A stretch of DNA of 61,970 nt from the NCBI GenBank assembly GCA_001724265.1, contig MEDY01000151.1:1-61970 (forward strand), in the 5' to 3' direction. A model generated the notes under the pieces. The model ran no database searches, had not been told where the DNA came from, and was given only the letters and a program-made list of their open reading frames with translations. The position numbers were made by a program, and so were the translations under genes. Origin of the DNA: Rhizaria sp. SCN 62-66 (lineage: Eukaryota). Of the stretch, positions 58,661-61,970 are shown piece by piece (position 1 is the first letter of the stretch; the number at the start of each line of letters is the position of its first letter).

Positions 58661-60980
58661 GCGCAGCTGGTGCCGTCACTGTATTGAGTTCTGTGCTTTC
58701 TGCTCTATGTTCTGTGCTGTATGTACTAAGCTGTAATCTGCTGTAATCTGTCCAAGCTTCTGGTCCTGTGTGGCCATGACGTGTTTGTACTGAGCGGTAT
58801 TCCTGCCGCCAGCTTCAGCGTCTTTGAGGCCAGCCCTAAGTCATCTGTCTCGCACTGTGTATCGTGTTGTAACATGCTTTTGAGCTTCGTTTGCTTGTCG
58901 AGGCCGCATTGTTTTTCGATACTCAACGACAAGATTCGGTGTACGACTGCGCGAGTCTTTATTCAACTTCATCTCCGACCTAGTTTTCAAAGTGACTTTG
59001 AACTGGGCGCAATTTCCCCCTAGAATTTCATGTTTTAAATGAGTATTTTTTTTCTTTGTTTGTTTCCTTTCAATTCCATTTATTTTTTCCTTTATCATTT
59101 GTTACGAATCTCCCACCGTGCCTGTTCTGAACTTGTCACTCGTGCCTGTGTTGCTCTGCTGCCGTGTCACGACACGGTGCTGTGCCGCCGAGGGCTATAG
59201 GTTGTTTGACGCGCACCCGCGCCGTTGCGTTGCTTGACTCATTTGCTATTACTTGTTGCGCTCGAGTGTATTTTGCACACTCGCCGTCGCACGTACATTC
59301 GCAGTTGCAGTCATGGCGATGTTGAACAGCACGGGTGCGGCCGCCGCCCATATGCCCTCCGCCACGCACGATTATACTTTTCACTCACATACGTTCTCTA
59401 TGTCACAAATGCAGTGTGCGTCTTTGCGTTGTTCACTCCCGTATCAACGCAACGCCCCCACTGCGACGACGTGATTCCGCTCCGTATTTAGTTTTGCAAG
59501 GGAGAGCGTCGAGCTGACCCTTGCTGCAGACTATACAGAGCGAATCAAGTCTCAACTTGGCGCCACGTCACCACACATTGCGATTCCGTCACAGCGTGAA
59601 GCGGCTTTTGATCAGCGTTTCTTCTGCTCAGTTGCCGTGCATGCTGTATCTACACGGCAGTGTTGTCGAGTCGTTGTGTCGTAGCAGAGCGTGGGTGAGT
59701 GTGAATAACTTTTTCCTTAAACTACTTTTATTGTACGAACTACTGTGTTGATTTTTTTTTTGTTTTTGTTAATTTCCTTGTTTTGTCTGTTTTGTGACGT
59801 TTGTTGCTGCCGCCGCTGCGTCTCCGCTGCGCCAATCACCGCGCCCCGCCCCGTTTTGTCCCGCCGTGCTAGTTCCACGCTCTTCTACTATCTGTCCCAT
59901 TCCGCTACACACGTACACCCGTGGCGGCTGTGACGATAGGAACGAGCTTGCACGACGGAGGCTTCGCTGGCAGGGCCGCTGTTGTCGTTGCCGCATTGCG
60001 AGTCCGCTGCCGCCGCAGGAACAGAACGCCACACTTTCCACCCACACCCCTGTAAGAGACTGAGTTAAGCTCCGTTCAGTCGATTCACATCAAGTCGAGT
60101 TAAGTCAAGTCACTCTCGCCTCATCCCCCAGCCTGAGCTGGTTTGAGACAGTATGACACGACACACTCAACAACAACAACGATGACGATATATATATATT
60201 CGACCAGGAGTGGGTGAGACCATCCCCCGGGCCGCAGGAGAGCCAGCGCTCGCACGCACATACCGTGTCTTGACGTGACGGAGCGTGTCGCCGTGCTATG
60301 CGCGCGTTTTTCCTGCAAATGCCCCCGAAGCGCTGATAGCGACGGAAGTATCTTTCTTGATGATGGGTTTTCGCGGCTTTGCGGCAGCAGAGGCTGCTGC
60401 GAAGCGCGGATTAACTTAAATCTAAAATACACCTGAAGTCAGTGCCGCACATCATTGTTTTATCAATATTCAACCTCGCATGCATATGTGGCTATTACTG
60501 TAAGCTTACCTTTCAAAAGAGTCGGCGAAAGAGCTTGCAAGATGTACAACACAAGACACGCCTATTCGGTTCAACCATATCAAACTTGGTAGAAAATCAA
60601 ACACTTCTAAAACAACACACCAGGTGTGTGTGGCAGTTCAGTCTTGATTTAAGACAACTTTAACGGAGAACGAGGGTGAGACGCTCGGGTTCGCGAAAAA
60701 AATAAAGTATTTATATAGGCTGCTCGCCAGCCGATTGTAAGTTGCGCGACGAAAAACGGAGCCGACATATCAGCCTAGGGCGAAGTGCGTTGGGATTGTT
60801 GCGAAACTATATTGGTATTTATAATGTATTCTCTCTTTGCATTCCTCTTGCAGCCCCCTTAATAGCTATTACACGACGAAACCGTGCAGGTGCGAATCGT
60901 CGACTGGTATCCCTCTCGCCTGCCACGCTCACCTAGTTTTCCTTGTTCTTCTCTTTCCAACGGTGTAGGTAGTCAACAAA

Positions 60981-61970
60981 ATGTCCGCTATCGAGGAGGG
61001 TTCCTTCCTTTTCACCTCTGAGTCCGTCAACGAGGGCCACCCCGGTACGTCTCTCTTTCATTTTCCCGCTGCGCGGACATTGGCCCGCTGTTCTCGAAGG
61101 CGACGCGACAGGCGACACACCCGTCACTCAAATTGCTTTCTTGGCGCTCTTGCTCACTATATTCTGTGCATGTTTCTCTCTTTCTGTATTGTGTACCTTA
61201 TCGCATGCTTAGACAAGATCTGCGACCAGGTCTCCGATGCCGTCCTCGACGCTCTCCTTGCCCAGGACCCCCTGTCCAAGGTTGCGTGCGAGACCGTCAC
61301 CAAGACTGACCTCGTCATGATCCTCGGTGAGGTCACCACTAAGGCCCACGTCAACTACGAGCAGGTTGTCCGTGACGCCGTCCTTAAGATCGGCTACGAC
61401 GCCGCTGAGAAGGGCCTCGACGGCCGCACCTGCAAGGTCGTTGTCGCCATCGAGGAGCAGTCCCCCGACATTGCTCAGGGTGTCCACATCAACAAGGCTG
61501 ACGAGGACATCGGTGCCGGCGACCAGGGCCACATGTTCGGCTACGCCACCGACGAGTCCGAGGAGATGATGCCCCTGACCCACGTCTGGGCCACCCAGCT
61601 CGGCGCCCGCCTCACCGAGGTCCGCAAGAACGGCACCCTCCCCTGGGTCCGCCCTGACGGCAAGACCCAGGTCTCCGTCATCTACAAGAACATCGACGGC
61701 GTCCCCGTGCCCCAGCGCGTCCACACCGTCGTCATCTCCACCCAGCACGACGACGGCATCCCTATCGAGACCATCCGCGAGCACCTCCTCGAGGAGGTCG
61801 TCAAGAAGGTCATCCCCGCTAAGTTCCTCGACGACAAGACCATCTTCCACCTCAACCCCTCCGGCCGCTTCGTCATCGGTGGCCCCCACGGTGATGCCGG
61901 CCTCACTGGCCGCAAGATCATCATCGACACCTACGGTGGCTGGGGCGCCCACGGTGGCGGTGCCTTCTCC
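60981..61970 (+). CDS. MAT: S-adenosylmethionine synthetase (canonical MAT), 3'-truncated by the window; exons 60981-61044 and 61213-end
   Basis: [21 protein letters not shown] across phase-1 intron 61045-61212 (GTACGT...CTTAG); [61 protein letters not shown]. Missing from the ORF track. Confidence 0.97.
   Translation, partial: MSAIEEGSFLFTSESVNEGHPGTSLFHFPAARTLARCSRRRRDRRHTRHSNCFLGALAHYILCMFLSFCIVYLIACLDKICDQVSDAVLDALLAQDPLSKVACETVTKTDLVMILGEVTTKAHVNYEQVVRDAVLKIGYDAAEKGLDGRTCKVVVAIEEQSPDIAQGVHINKADEDIGAGDQGHMFGYATDESEEMMPLTHVWATQLGARLTEVRKNGTLPWVRPDGKTQVSVIYKNIDGVPVPQRVHTVVISTQHDDGIPIETIREHLLEEVVKKVIPAKFLDDKTIFHLNPSGRFVIGGPHGDAGLTGRKIIIDTYGGWGAHGGGAFS

Noticed and set aside
612-61952. Numerous long antisense and alternate-frame ORFs (e.g. 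14686-16425, 29193-30941, 34171-35313, 61209-61952)
   Set aside because: Shadow ORFs expected from high GC and codon bias; no independent motifs.
1-61970. tRNA (including a CUA suppressor), rRNA or snRNA genes
   Set aside because: No convincing cloverleaf or conserved RNA motif seen by eye; tRNAscan-SE and Infernal would be needed to exclude them.
60981-61970. MATX paralogue
   Set aside because: The visible sequence follows canonical MAT, with no obvious MATX-type insertions.

Overview
Nuclear DNA from an unidentified microbial eukaryote, with GC-rich exons, AT-rich intergenic DNA and short spliceosomal introns (mostly GTACGT...YAG). I can support 14 protein-coding genes, two of them cut by the window edges: a WW-domain protein (partial), a TPR-like protein, two very large low-complexity proteins, a TMC-family channel, mitochondrial-type PheRS, RNA polymerase I subunit RPA2, a cathepsin D-like aspartic protease, a BACK-domain/membrane protein, a Kelch-RING protein, SBDS, a flavohemoglobin, an HMG-box protein and SAM synthetase (partial). 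Two things stand out. (1) UAG appears to be a sense codon, probably Gln. The BACK-domain and HMG-box genes are each split in the ORF track only by in-frame TAG codons (6 firm, 2 more likely), mostly in CAG/Gln-like contexts and with no frameshift or intron, while all 12 complete gene models end in TAA or TGA. (2) RPA2 carries a 427-aa intein with a LAGLIDADG region that looks partly degenerate. The window also has an inverted, frameshifted fragment of the protease gene and a diverged 158-bp tandem duplication. All calls come from reading the sequence by eye; no database searches were run.
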